58,207 bases of DNA from an uncultured bacterium (GTDB lineage Bacteria; Fidelibacterota; Marinisomatia; Marinisomatales; AB-629-J13). The stretch is taken from assembly GCA_964606925.1 (NCBI GenBank), contig CAZSIH010000002.1, positions 1 to 58,207 of the forward strand, given 5' to 3'. The translations under genes were made by a program, and so were the position numbers. The notes below the pieces were generated by a model. The model made no database searches, was not told where the DNA came from, and saw only the letters and a list, made by a program, of their open reading frames with translations. Shown here piece after piece: positions 1 through 8,972 of this stretch (its first letter is position 1; every line of letters starts with the position of its first letter).

Positions 1-1851
1 AGCAAGGCTACCTGTGTCTACTGCATACCAGTTGTACAAATATCCATATGTATATGCATTGTTTTCGTTGTCATCGTAAACTGCATAAGCACCTATTGAT
101 AAATTTCCCCATTCTGAATTACTGTGTCCTGTATCTATATCCATCCCATCATTGTAAGAAGTAACCTTAAGATTCTCTTTCATCCATAATTGTTCACCAA
201 TCTGGACAGTCTCGTAAACATTACCGTCTATATCGGTAACAACATCATGGTAGCATGAGCCATCATCTATTGTTGCATCTGGGTTGTAGTTTATTGCTGT
301 GGGGTCTGTACAGCCGTAAACTCCATTACTTTGACTATAAAAAATTTCTAAAGTGTAATCAAAATCAATACCATTCTCATCCTGGCTTACAATAACAACA
401 AAGATTGATTCTACTTCATCAGATGTATAAAAAATATTAAGAGAATCACCAGAAAATATTTCATGTTCAGTATCTGAAAATTTTATCACAGAGTGAAAAC
501 CAAATTCTGAAAGTGAACCATTCTGAGTATCCAATGTAACTGTTACAGGAACATCATTATTTATCCTAATATACTGACTTGCATACTGGTTTAGTGATGT
601 GCTTTGAATGTACTCAAATCCATCCTCTTCAGAAAAATTGACTGTACTATAGATTGCAGGTCCGTCAACCGGGAAATCTTCTGCCTCATCATAACTATAC
701 ATTTCAGCATCTGGTCCAGGATCTGGGGACATAACATGATTGGCAATAACCATTCCGTTCAATGCCTCCTGAAATGAAGAGCCATTGTTTGAAAGGGCAT
801 CATCAATAGCAGAAATACTGTAGTCTCCATTTTGACTATTTGTATTTATTCCCTCTTCAAAAATATTTTTAATTGTCCCTGATCCACCAAGATGTTCATC
901 AATATATTCAAAGAATATCCATGAGCCGTACCAATGTGTTCCTCCTGCATGGTCAAGAGACATATCCGGATTATTAAACCATAAAGGCATATACTGATAA
1001 CAGTCATTAATTTCATCAAAAACCTCTTCTTCCATCCATACTGCTGTTGCTTCCAATAACCAGGGTCTTTCATACCCATCATATCCATACTGAATTGCAT
1101 GAAAAAATTCATGTACTGCTGTAACCTGGACACTTTCAATTTCACTATTTGGAAACCCATTATAATTATTTCTTATTGCCATGTAACTGGTGAGAGCATT
1201 TTGCTCATTTACATTGGGAGAGAATTCATTATTCCCTGTGTTTTGCGCCGTCCATTCAGATTGAACATAACCATAGTAGTTAGAAGATAATTGACGAACA
1301 TATACATCATAATGGTTTGATCCTCCATAATCATAATCACCGGGAAAGCCTGCTAGCCATGCATCTCCTGGTGGTCTGGTGTATCCCATTTCGTTGACTT
1401 GTTCATCATACACATGAACAAAATTTTCTGACATTATATCAATATAATCAGGAATAAAATTTGCATTGTCATCGGTAGCATCAACTCCATGATTTCCTTC
1501 TGTAGTATAGTGGAATCGGAATATTCCTGAGTCATAAAATTGGTCTAATCCTTCTGCTTCATTTCTAAGGTCTCTTGTTCTATTTATTATTTCACCAGAG
1601 AAATTAAATCCCAAATCAGTCAATTGATTTTTTATTTCATCTGGCAAAGAATGTCCATGTAAACTTAATTCAAGTAGATAGGGAGAAAGATGGGCTGGTA
1701 AGTCGTCTCTTTTCTCATCACCACTGAAAGCAGATATGACAATTTCAGCAGCCTCTATTGTTAAATTTGATTCAGACTGGCTATTAGCTGATATAAATTT
1801 CGGGGAAATGATAAAAACGAAGAGCAGAATTATAGGCAGTATCTTTTTCAT
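1..1851 (-). CDS. Secreted HExxH zinc-metalloprotease-like protein with a C-terminal FISUMP (Fibrobacter succinogenes major paralogous, TIGR02145-like) domain; the 3' end runs off the window
   Basis: Absent from the supplied track because there is no stop inside the window. My translation of the minus strand from ATG 1849-1851 gives MKKILPIILLFVFIISPKF (signal peptide), VTAVHEFFHAIQYGYD (HExxH), CTDPTAINYNPDATIDDGSC and DIDGNVYETVQIGEQLWMKENL...YGYLYNWYAV. The frame is open for all 617 codons down to position 1. Confidence 0.7.
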   Translation of the reverse strand, partial: MKKILPIILLFVFIISPKFISANSQSESNLTIEAAEIVISAFSGDEKRDDLPAHLSPYLLELSLHGHSLPDEIKNQLTDLGFNFSGEIINRTRDLRNEAEGLDQFYDSGIFRFHYTTEGNHGVDATDDNANFIPDYIDIMSENFVHVYDEQVNEMGYTRPPGDAWLAGFPGDYDYGGSNHYDVYVRQLSSNYYGYVQSEWTAQNTGNNEFSPNVNEQNALTSYMAIRNNYNGFPNSEIESVQVTAVHEFFHAIQYGYDGYERPWLLEATAVWMEEEVFDEINDCYQYMPLWFNNPDMSLDHAGGTHWYGSWIFFEYIDEHLGGSGTIKNIFEEGINTNSQNGDYSISAIDDALSNNGSSFQEALNGMVIANHVMSPDPGPDAEMYSYDEAEDFPVDGPAIYSTVNFSEEDGFEYIQSTSLNQYASQYIRINNDVPVTVTLDTQNGSLSEFGFHSVIKFSDTEHEIFSGDSLNIFYTSDEVESIFVVIVSQDENGIDFDYTLEIFYSQSNGVYGCTDPTAINYNPDATIDDGSCYHDVVTDIDGNVYETVQIGEQLWMKENLKVTSYNDGMDIDTGHSNSEWGNLSIGAYAVYDDNENNAYTYGYLYNWYAVDTGSLA

Positions 1852-1874
1852 AGTATTCAATTAATACTTACAAG

Positions 1875-1903
1875 AGTATACACCCAAATTCTCAAAATAT
1901 CAA
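1875..1903 (-). promoter_or_regulatory. Putative sigma70-type promoter of the HExxH/FISUMP gene
   Basis: The minus strand reads TTGATA (1903-1898), a 17-nt spacer, then TATACT (1880-1875), about 24 nt upstream of ATG 1851. This is motif matching only, and FCB-type promoters may follow different rules. Confidence 0.35.
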
Positions 1904-1970
1904 GAAATGGAAAGGGTGTGGTTTTGGCAACCTATTTTCCCCTGTTTTGTGTGAGAGGTGGCTATATATG

Positions 1971-1990
1971 AAACAAAGGGGGTGCCCCCC
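1971..1990 (-). terminator. Possible short intrinsic terminator downstream of the tRNA-Cys/tRNA-Leu pair
   Basis: The minus-strand RNA is GGGGG-GCA-CCCCC followed by UUUGUUU. The stem is only 5 bp, all G-C. It sits in a locally GC-rich patch about 160 nt past the tRNA-Leu 3' end. Confidence 0.3.
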
Positions 1991-2152
1991 AAGGTCTGGG
2001 TGGGTACACCCCTACCCTGTGTATCCCCAATTCGCATTCATTTGACTTGTATTTGATCTTAATTGACATTTTCAACCTACATCAATGGGTTAGAAAATTG
2101 ATAATTTAATTCCCTCATAAAATTGACGGTTATATGACGAGAAATCAGCATG

Positions 2153-2237
2153 TACCCGGGGACGGACTCGAACCGTCACGGATTATACATCCGAGGGATT
2201 TTAAGTCCCTTGTGTCTACCAATTCCACCACCCGGGC
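2153..2237 (-). tRNA. tRNA-Leu (anticodon TAA), class II with a long variable arm
   Basis: The reverse complement is GCCCGGGTGGTGGAATTGGTAGACACAAGGGACTTAAAATCCCTCGGATGTATAATCCGTGACGGTTCGAGTCCGTCCCCGGGTA. It has a 7-bp acceptor stem, anticodon loop CTTAAAA, variable-arm hairpin CGGAT/ATCCG and T-loop TTCGAGT. CCA is not encoded. Confidence 0.9.
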
Positions 2238-2272
2238 AAAAAAAAATCTGCCAATCATAGCAGAGCGAAGAT

Positions 2273-2349
2273 TGGAGGCGTCGGCCGGATTCGAACCGGC
2301 GAATAACGGTTTTGCAAACCGGCCCCTTAAACCACTTGGGTACGACGCC
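2273..2349 (-). tRNA. tRNA-Cys (anticodon GCA), CCA encoded
   Basis: The reverse complement is GGCGTCGTACCCAAGTGGTTTAAGGGGCCGGTTTGCAAAACCGTTATTCGCCGGTTCGAATCCGGCCGACGCCTCCA. It has anticodon loop TTGCAAA, discriminator U73 (a Cys identity element) and T-loop TTCGAAT. Confidence 0.9.
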
Positions 2350-2469
2350 AATTAAATATAATTGTGAATAATTTGCCAAAAAAAGCGCTGGAATTTACAT
2401 TTCGTTTTTCTATTCTCACAAAGAACACATAATTATTTTATCTGAATTATTCCCTCAGTAATTTTATTC

Positions 2470-2733
2470 ATGGAACTGAACAAATTAAACATGTATCAGC
2501 GTCTCAGGGATTATGAAGTTCCGGCGGTTTTCCTCGATGAAATATTCAATAATGACAAAGACCTGAACACATTATCAGATGCCTGGGACTCCCTTAAATC
2601 TACTGGACTTTCTGATGATGAAATCGCACAGGAAATTGCATCAATTATTTTTGATCTCGATCTATTTAAGGATCCGAAGATCACAGAAGCGTTCAATTCA
2701 ATTAAAAATGGGGATGATCTCTCCAAAAATTGA
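2470..2733 (+). CDS. Hypothetical small acidic protein (87 aa)
   Basis: This is the only plus-strand ORF in a non-coding gap. It has no recognisable motif. Its last 36 nt overlap the convergent 3' end of the M16 peptidase gene. Confidence 0.3.
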   Translation: MELNKLNMYQRLRDYEVPAVFLDEIFNNDKDLNTLSDAWDSLKSTGLSDDEIAQEIASIIFDLDLFKDPKITEAFNSIKNGDDLSKN

Positions 2734-5616
2734 GCGTTGTTCTTTTAGTTTTCCCTCGTTTCCAACCACACATATCACTTCTTTTTCCAAAACGGCTTCA
2801 ATCATTTCTGAAATATCACGAATGTGTCCCGGTTTTGCGCCCATGACTTCTTCCCGATGAGTTTGAATCAATTCATTATCCATTTTTTTAAAATAACGGA
2901 CAGTCCCGACAGACCCTTTCATGACCGGTGTTAAGGGTTTATCCAGAGCAGAAATAGAACCGATTATATATTTTCGCATTTCCCGATCCGTTGGATTAAA
3001 TTTAGTTAAATAGTCCTTAATTCCATGAAAAGCCCTAAGTGTCTCCTTTAAATTAGGATCACGATAGGATGAAAAGACCGTGTCGCCATTCCTTCCCATG
3101 GAAACAAATGAACCGTAAGCTCCACCCTGAACTCTCACTTTATTCCATAAATAATCCAATCCCGCAATCCGGCTGAAAACCGTCAATGCTCCGGAATATT
3201 TAAATCCCAGTTTTCTGAAATTATATCCCTGTGTCACATACTGTACACGGGAAGGAGTTGAGAGCCCTTCATTTAGAATTTCAGGTGAAAATTGATATGG
3301 GTTTATGGAGATTTCATAATCCGGAACTGTTGAGAGAAAATCTTTCAAGTTTGATTTTGAATTATTTAACCCATCATTTTCTGTAATAAGTCCAACCACC
3401 ATATTTCTTTTATTAAAAAGTAATTCAGAAATATTTTTAAGTATTATTTTTAATTCTTCAAATTGATCATCAAAGTTTTCATCAAGTTGGGAAACAAAGC
3501 GGTAAAACTCAAGTCCCCCTGTAATTTCATGATACATCCCCAATGAACTGAGGTATGATAATAAACGTATTGAAGCCACTTGGTGTCCGGAATGCATGAT
3601 CGTCATTTCAATTCGGGATTTCAATTCTTGGATGATTTCCCTGATTCTTCCCCGGTCGTCAAATCTAGTCCGGGACATTATTTCCGATATCAACCTGTTG
3701 GATTCACTAATTTTAGGATTCAACGCTTTTGTATAAACCGTCAATTTTGGGTGGAATTCTTCCCCGTTTATTGGCTGAAAAGTATTCAGGGAAAATCCGA
3801 TTCCACCTGTATGGAGAAGCATTTCATTTGACAATTCCCCGTAGGAATAATTTGTTGTACTCACCTTACCCAAAAGAGAGATAAGGAGGGACAAATATGG
3901 CAATTGTTCCTGGGGAATCATCGATGCATCAAAAAAGTATTTCACATAACTGATTCCCCGGGTTTCTCCGGTGTGAAGAAGTGTCAGATTATCCTCTATA
4001 TTTTCATGAATTAAATTGATATCCTCCGACCTTTTATTTAAATCCGATAAATTGAGCAGAGGAATTGTCTTCAGATCCTCTTCCGAATCTTCCTTGATTT
4101 GCCTTTCCTTTAATCTGCTGGTTTTATTAACATAGGATTCAATTTCATTTTGTGTCAATTCAGCCTTGAATTGTTCAAGATGAACAGTTTTCTCCTTAAT
4201 CCTCTTCTCGGTAAGACCCTTTTCCGGTAATAATGTGACTGTAATTTTATGAGGATTATCCAATAAATAATTTTTGATCAAGGATTCAAAATATCCCTTT
4301 TTCACATTTTCTTTTATTGTCTTCAAAGGTGTTTCAAATTCCAGGATTTCAAGAGGATTATCAGAATACATCCAGTGTGACAGTGCCGTGAGTGTAAAAA
4401 CCAATCCCTTTGGAAATCCGCCAAATTCCGCTTCTCTCAGTTCAAATTCTTTAATATTCACAGATGCTTGGACGACCTTCTCATTCAACCCATCCTCAAC
4501 CAAAGAAGTGAGCGTTTCTCTGACAATTTTCTCAAATTCACCTCGTTTCTCCGGATCAGCATGTTTGACTGTAATGGAGAAAATCGGTTGTAATAATTCT
4601 TCGTCAAATCGCCCGAAAATATCCTTTCCTATTTTAGCTTTCAGTAAAGCATTTTTAAGAGGAGCTGCAGGAGTTCCCAATAGAATATGATCGAGAATTT
4701 CTAATCCCAAAATTGTTTCCGGTTTTAAATAGCTTCCTGTAACATAACTGAGATTCAAATAGGCTTTGTTTTTCTCAGATTCTTCTTCAGATAAAGGATA
4801 AATCAATTCAACAGAATTATTTTCCGTTATACCGTCCTGGATCCATGAGCCATGATTCATCTCTTTCCGTTGAAACTGATCAAGAAATCCTTCGTTCAAA
4901 AATGCTAATTGTTCTTCGATTTCTCCATCACCATATAACAGAATTTTACAATTTGAGGGATGATAATATTTTTTATGAAATGCAATGAATTCATTATAAG
5001 TTAATTTGGGTATTACATCAGGATCCCCGCCGGACTCATGTGAATAGATCGTATCCGGGAGGAGGTTTTTTCTCACGGAACGAAACAAGATTTGTTCCGG
5101 AGAGGAAAAAGCACCTTCCATCTCATTATAAACAACACCTTTAATACTCAATATTTCTTCCGGATCATTCAATTCATAATGCCAACCTTCCTGTCTGAAA
5201 ATATCCGGATTTGAATAAATATTGGGGAAAAACACAGCATCCATATACACATCCATCAGATTGAAAAAATCCTTTTGATTAGTGCTGGCAATAGGATATA
5301 CCGTTTTATCAGGATAAGTCATTGCATTTGTAAATGTTTGCATGGATCCCTTAAGCAATTCGACAAACGGTTCCTTACAACGGAATTTTCTAGAACCGTT
5401 TAAAACACAATGTTCCAAAATATGGGGAATTCCATAACTGTTGTCCGGTGGAGTTTTAAATCCTGCTACGAACACTTTATTATTATCTGTATTTTCAAAG
5501 TGAAGCAGTTCCGCTCCGCTCTGGTCATGAATAAACCGGCGTGACAAAGATGAAATTTCTTTTATTTTCTTTTCATTCACCATTCTGAAACCGTGTGTTA
5601 ATTCACTGATTTGCAT
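2698..5616 (-). CDS. M16C family zinc metallopeptidase (PreP/presequence-protease-like insulinase)
   Basis: 972 aa. The N-terminal segment GIPHILEHCVLNGSRKFRCKEPFVELLKGSMQTFTNAMTYPDKTVYPIAS contains the inverted HxxEH zinc motif and closely resembles PreP-type M16C enzymes. Confidence 0.9.
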   Translation of the reverse strand: MQISELTHGFRMVNEKKIKEISSLSRRFIHDQSGAELLHFENTDNNKVFVAGFKTPPDNSYGIPHILEHCVLNGSRKFRCKEPFVELLKGSMQTFTNAMTYPDKTVYPIASTNQKDFFNLMDVYMDAVFFPNIYSNPDIFRQEGWHYELNDPEEILSIKGVVYNEMEGAFSSPEQILFRSVRKNLLPDTIYSHESGGDPDVIPKLTYNEFIAFHKKYYHPSNCKILLYGDGEIEEQLAFLNEGFLDQFQRKEMNHGSWIQDGITENNSVELIYPLSEEESEKNKAYLNLSYVTGSYLKPETILGLEILDHILLGTPAAPLKNALLKAKIGKDIFGRFDEELLQPIFSITVKHADPEKRGEFEKIVRETLTSLVEDGLNEKVVQASVNIKEFELREAEFGGFPKGLVFTLTALSHWMYSDNPLEILEFETPLKTIKENVKKGYFESLIKNYLLDNPHKITVTLLPEKGLTEKRIKEKTVHLEQFKAELTQNEIESYVNKTSRLKERQIKEDSEEDLKTIPLLNLSDLNKRSEDINLIHENIEDNLTLLHTGETRGISYVKYFFDASMIPQEQLPYLSLLISLLGKVSTTNYSYGELSNEMLLHTGGIGFSLNTFQPINGEEFHPKLTVYTKALNPKISESNRLISEIMSRTRFDDRGRIREIIQELKSRIEMTIMHSGHQVASIRLLSYLSSLGMYHEITGGLEFYRFVSQLDENFDDQFEELKIILKNISELLFNKRNMVVGLITENDGLNNSKSNLKDFLSTVPDYEISINPYQFSPEILNEGLSTPSRVQYVTQGYNFRKLGFKYSGALTVFSRIAGLDYLWNKVRVQGGAYGSFVSMGRNGDTVFSSYRDPNLKETLRAFHGIKDYLTKFNPTDREMRKYIIGSISALDKPLTPVMKGSVGTVRYFKKMDNELIQTHREEVMGAKPGHIRDISEMIEAVLEKEVICVVGNEGKLKEQRSIFGEIIPIFN

Positions 5617-5711
5617 TTATTTCTCTTTTTTTTTATGATAATATAAAATTACTGATTAGTATACTTGGAAAATGTCAATTTATTTTCAATCTCATCACTT
5701 TTACTGTACGA

Positions 5712-5751
5712 CAGCCATTCTTGTCTGTCGGTGTGCAGACAAGAGTGGCTG
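5712..5751. other. 16-bp inverted repeat (hairpin) in the M3/M16 intergenic spacer
   Basis: CAGCCATTCTTGTCTG (5712-5727) pairs with CAGACAAGAGTGGCTG (5736-5751). There is one G-U pair and an 8-nt loop. No U-tract follows on either strand. Confidence 0.6.
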
Positions 5752-5805
5752 CACTACACAAGATTGAGGAGGCAAAAACAAACTTCCTTTACGAAGCAAA
5801 CTCAC

Positions 5806-7887
5806 TTATTGAATTCCCAGACTGGTTAAAAATGCATCCATTGTAGGTTCCCTTCCTAAAAATTCCTGAACCAGTAATTTAGGATGAACTGTGCCTCCCG
5901 GTTCAAAAATTATTTTACGAAATCGTCTTCCCGTTTCCGGATCGAGAATCCCTTTTTCCTTGAAGACCGAATACATATCCTGGGCATAAACTTTAGACCA
6001 TAAATATCCATAATAAGCCGCTTCGTAACCCACCAGATGTCCAAATGACGACTGCATGTGGGTTCCATCAAGATAGGGATATAAAGTCAATTCATCCTGG
6101 AGTAATTCCGCCATGTCTGTTGTATTAAATTCACCGAATGGGTCGAACCCGTCATGGAGAGTAAAATCATACACACCGTAAAATATTTGTTGGAGGGTGT
6201 TTAATCCGGAATTCACATTTTTTGCGGCAATCATTTTATTTAACAATCTATCGGGTATTACTGCTCCTGTTTTATAATGACGGGCAAATAATTTTAATAC
6301 CTCTTTTTCCCAAACCCAATTCTCAAGAATCTGGGATGGCGCTTCCACAAAATCCTGTAAAACAGCAGTTCCGGAATAAAAATATAAGGGAGAAACGGTG
6401 AGAATCCCGTGAAGAAGATGCCCGAATTCATGAAAATATGTTTCCACATCATCATGGGGTAATAGGGACGGTTTTCCTTTCTGTGGAGGAGGAAAATTGC
6501 ATACCAGCGCCATAACAGGAATTTGATATTCATTGTCCAATAATTTACCCATGGAAACGCTGAAAGCCGCTGCGTGAGAATATTTATCTTCCCGGGGAAA
6601 CAAATCCAAATAGAAACGACCCAAAACCGTAGTGTCTTGTTCATCATAAACTTCATACATCGTGACATCTTCATGCCATACAGATGGATTTTTAATACGA
6701 TAAAACCCAATTCCAAATAACCGATTACAAATGTCAAATAAACCATTTATGACCTGGTTTAATTCAAAATATTCACTGATTTTTTTACTGTCCAACCGAT
6801 ATTGTTTCAGTTTCAAAAGATGTTCATATCGATCTGATTCCCATGATTCAATGGTGGTTTCATACTTCCCGGTTTTTTGAGATTTTATTTTCAACAATTT
6901 TTCATAATCATCCAATGCTTTAGGCATGACCAACTCATGAAGCGTTCTCTCAAATTCCCAAACTCTGTCTGCACTTTCCGACATGAGTATTTCTGTTCCA
7001 TAATCAGCAAAAGAAGGGTAATCCAATAATTCAGCGATTTGATTTCTGAGCAGGATGAGGGAATCCAATACCTGAAGATTTTTATCCGCTGCACGATTCC
7101 AGTACAAAAAGCGCAGGGCTTTTCTTGCACTGTCAGATTCTACATATTTCATAAATGGATTATAACTCGGGTAAGACAGGTCAATACCAAATTTACCATC
7201 ATCTTTTTTTCGATTTTCAGTGTAATCCTTCGAAAGTCCATTTAAATGGTGTTCCTTTAGAAAAAGCGTATCTTTGGATTCGGATATATTTTTTTCAAAT
7301 TTTAATCCTAAAGAAGTCAATTGATCCAAAATAATTTTAACACGAATTCTCACTCTTTTTCCCTGCCCAAAGCCATTGCGATTGAAATCCCGGAGCGTTT
7401 CTACCATAAATTTTTTCTCCAAACCCTTAAGCGCTTTTCCATTGGCTCTCTGTGAGAAAATTTCAATTGCATTATATAGTTTTTCATCAACGGATATTGA
7501 ATTGAGAAATTCCTCTATTTTCTGACTTGCTTCCAGTCCTGCCTCCCTTATGTCTTTATCCGGATGAGTAAATGCAAGCAAACCAACTGGACTCCATACA
7601 TTTTCTATAACATTTCCTAAATCGTCCAATGGAAGCAGTGTGTTTTTAAATGTTTTTTGAGATGGTCCAATTTTGTAAATATTTTTTAATAGTCTATTTG
7701 CCTTATAAATGACATGGTCAGTTGCTTCCAGAATATGATCTGCAGTAATTGAAGAAAAATCAATAGATTCTTCCCTGGATTTTAACAAAGGGTTTTTATT
7801 TTTTTCAGAGCAACCGGAGAAGATCAATACAATAATGGAAAAAATAAAGTACTTTACGAGTATCTGGTTTGAGAATTGTTTAAACAT
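5806..7887 (-). CDS. M3 family oligopeptidase (thimet oligopeptidase/Dcp-like), probable lipoprotein
   Basis: It carries the HEFGHLLH (HExxH) motif in an M3-like context. I moved the start to ATG 7885-7887 (MFKQFSNQILVKYFIFSIIVLIFSGC, a lipobox-like signal) because the track ORF start at 7968 runs into tRNA-Gly. Confidence 0.85.
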   Translation of the reverse strand: MFKQFSNQILVKYFIFSIIVLIFSGCSEKNKNPLLKSREESIDFSSITADHILEATDHVIYKANRLLKNIYKIGPSQKTFKNTLLPLDDLGNVIENVWSPVGLLAFTHPDKDIREAGLEASQKIEEFLNSISVDEKLYNAIEIFSQRANGKALKGLEKKFMVETLRDFNRNGFGQGKRVRIRVKIILDQLTSLGLKFEKNISESKDTLFLKEHHLNGLSKDYTENRKKDDGKFGIDLSYPSYNPFMKYVESDSARKALRFLYWNRAADKNLQVLDSLILLRNQIAELLDYPSFADYGTEILMSESADRVWEFERTLHELVMPKALDDYEKLLKIKSQKTGKYETTIESWESDRYEHLLKLKQYRLDSKKISEYFELNQVINGLFDICNRLFGIGFYRIKNPSVWHEDVTMYEVYDEQDTTVLGRFYLDLFPREDKYSHAAAFSVSMGKLLDNEYQIPVMALVCNFPPPQKGKPSLLPHDDVETYFHEFGHLLHGILTVSPLYFYSGTAVLQDFVEAPSQILENWVWEKEVLKLFARHYKTGAVIPDRLLNKMIAAKNVNSGLNTLQQIFYGVYDFTLHDGFDPFGEFNTTDMAELLQDELTLYPYLDGTHMQSSFGHLVGYEAAYYGYLWSKVYAQDMYSVFKEKGILDPETGRRFRKIIFEPGGTVHPKLLVQEFLGREPTMDAFLTSLGIQ

Positions 7888-7926
7888 CAAAATAAATAAA
7901 GAAAAAATGCGCCGGTCAGGGTATTG

Positions 7927-7999
<73 letters not shown>

Positions 8000-8037
8000 A
8001 ATTTAGGGCTGAAAGTTAAAGTCTTATTAAGTTCTGG

Positions 8038-8484
8038 TCAATCTGATTTAGGAAAAATTTCAAACAAAGTTGAAGGTCTGTTCATAATAAACAATCCCAT
8101 TAAAAAGAGAATTGAATTTTCCAATAATTTTTGTGTACCTACCAATTCACCTTCTTTCAATCCGCATCCGCATTCAATGTTATATCCCCGTAAAATTGCG
8201 GAACTTATTGCAATGATAAAAACAACCAACAGACCCATGGACATCAATGCCGCCCCATCTACCATACAACCGATTACAAGCCCCAATCCGATCAAGAGTT
8301 CCAACCATGGAAGAATGATTGCCATTGTATTTTCCATTCCGAATGGAATGATATGATAATTATCTATACTTCGAGCAAAAGATTGAGGTTCAGTTATTTT
8401 ATCAATGCCTGCATAAAGAAATAAAACTCCTAAAATTAACCGAATTACTAAAATGAATAATGAATTTTGTATTATAGATTTCAT
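8038..8484 (-). CDS. MauE/DoxX family integral membrane protein with a CGCG motif
   Basis: It contains LILGVLFLYAGIDKITEPQSFARSIDNYHIIP, four hydrophobic segments and NIECGCGL. I moved the start to ATG 8482-8484, which overlaps the rhodanese TGA as ATGA. Confidence 0.7.
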   Translation of the reverse strand: MKSIIQNSLFILVIRLILGVLFLYAGIDKITEPQSFARSIDNYHIIPFGMENTMAIILPWLELLIGLGLVIGCMVDGAALMSMGLLVVFIIAISSAILRGYNIECGCGLKEGELVGTQKLLENSILFLMGLFIMNRPSTLFEIFPKSD

Positions 8485-8972
8485 TTTTCTATTTCGAATC
8501 CTTTTTCTTCCCATTCCGACCAACCGCCCATATAAATATAAATCAATGTAAATCCGCTTTCCTGCAAGCCGTAGGCAAGGTCTTCACTCTTGGCACATTC
8601 TCCGCCACTACAATAGGCAACAATTGGGGCTGTTTTTTCCTGTTTTTCTTCAATTGTAAAGGTGAGATCCATGAAATCTTCAGAAGACAATGCTCCGGGA
8701 ATATGTCCTTCTTCATATTCTTCTATTTCACGGGAATCCACAAAAAGAACTCCTGCATTAAAAAGTGATAACGCCTGCTCCGTTGAAATGGATTTTACAT
8801 CGCTAGTTTTCGATTGATTGGATAACAAATTTTCATCGGTTGCCTGTTCAATCTGCGGAGCCCGAAATGGAATTGATCTTGAATCGGTTCTGATCCCATT
8901 AGCTGAAATACCAACCAAAAGGGACAAGACGAGATAGATTCCCCCTTGCTTTAAAGGGGAATCAAAGCTCAT
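8481..8972 (-). CDS. Single-domain rhodanese-like sulfurtransferase with an N-terminal membrane anchor or signal
   Basis: It contains VLFVDSREIEEYEEGHIPGAL and the active-site loop VAYCSGGECAKS. The N-terminus GGIYLVLSLLVGISANG is hydrophobic. Its start overlaps the upstream gene's stop as ATGA. Confidence 0.8.
   Translation of the reverse strand: MSFDSPLKQGGIYLVLSLLVGISANGIRTDSRSIPFRAPQIEQATDENLLSNQSKTSDVKSISTEQALSLFNAGVLFVDSREIEEYEEGHIPGALSSEDFMDLTFTIEEKQEKTAPIVAYCSGGECAKSEDLAYGLQESGFTLIYIYMGGWSEWEEKGFEIEK

Noticed and set aside
846-1290. Track ORFs 846..1160 (-) and 1099..1290 (+) could be genes.
   Set aside because: Both are out of frame or antisense to the 617-codon HExxH/FISUMP reading frame, which has clear protein motifs.
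1975-2035. The locally GC-rich patch (GGGGGTGCCCCCCAAGGTCTGGGTGGGTACACCCCTACCC) could be a structured ncRNA, a riboswitch, SRP RNA or tRNA-Sec.
   Set aside because: It has no T-loop, no SRP GGAA/AGCA motifs and no riboswitch core that I recognise. The simplest reading is two short GC hairpins, one followed by a U-tract on the minus strand, which would be a weak terminator after the tRNAs. A covariance-model scan would be needed to exclude an ncRNA.
2134-2379. Three track ORFs (2134..2355 +, 2145..2351 -, 2176..2379 -) could be genes.
   Set aside because: They lie on top of tRNA-Leu and tRNA-Cys, so the open frames are incidental.
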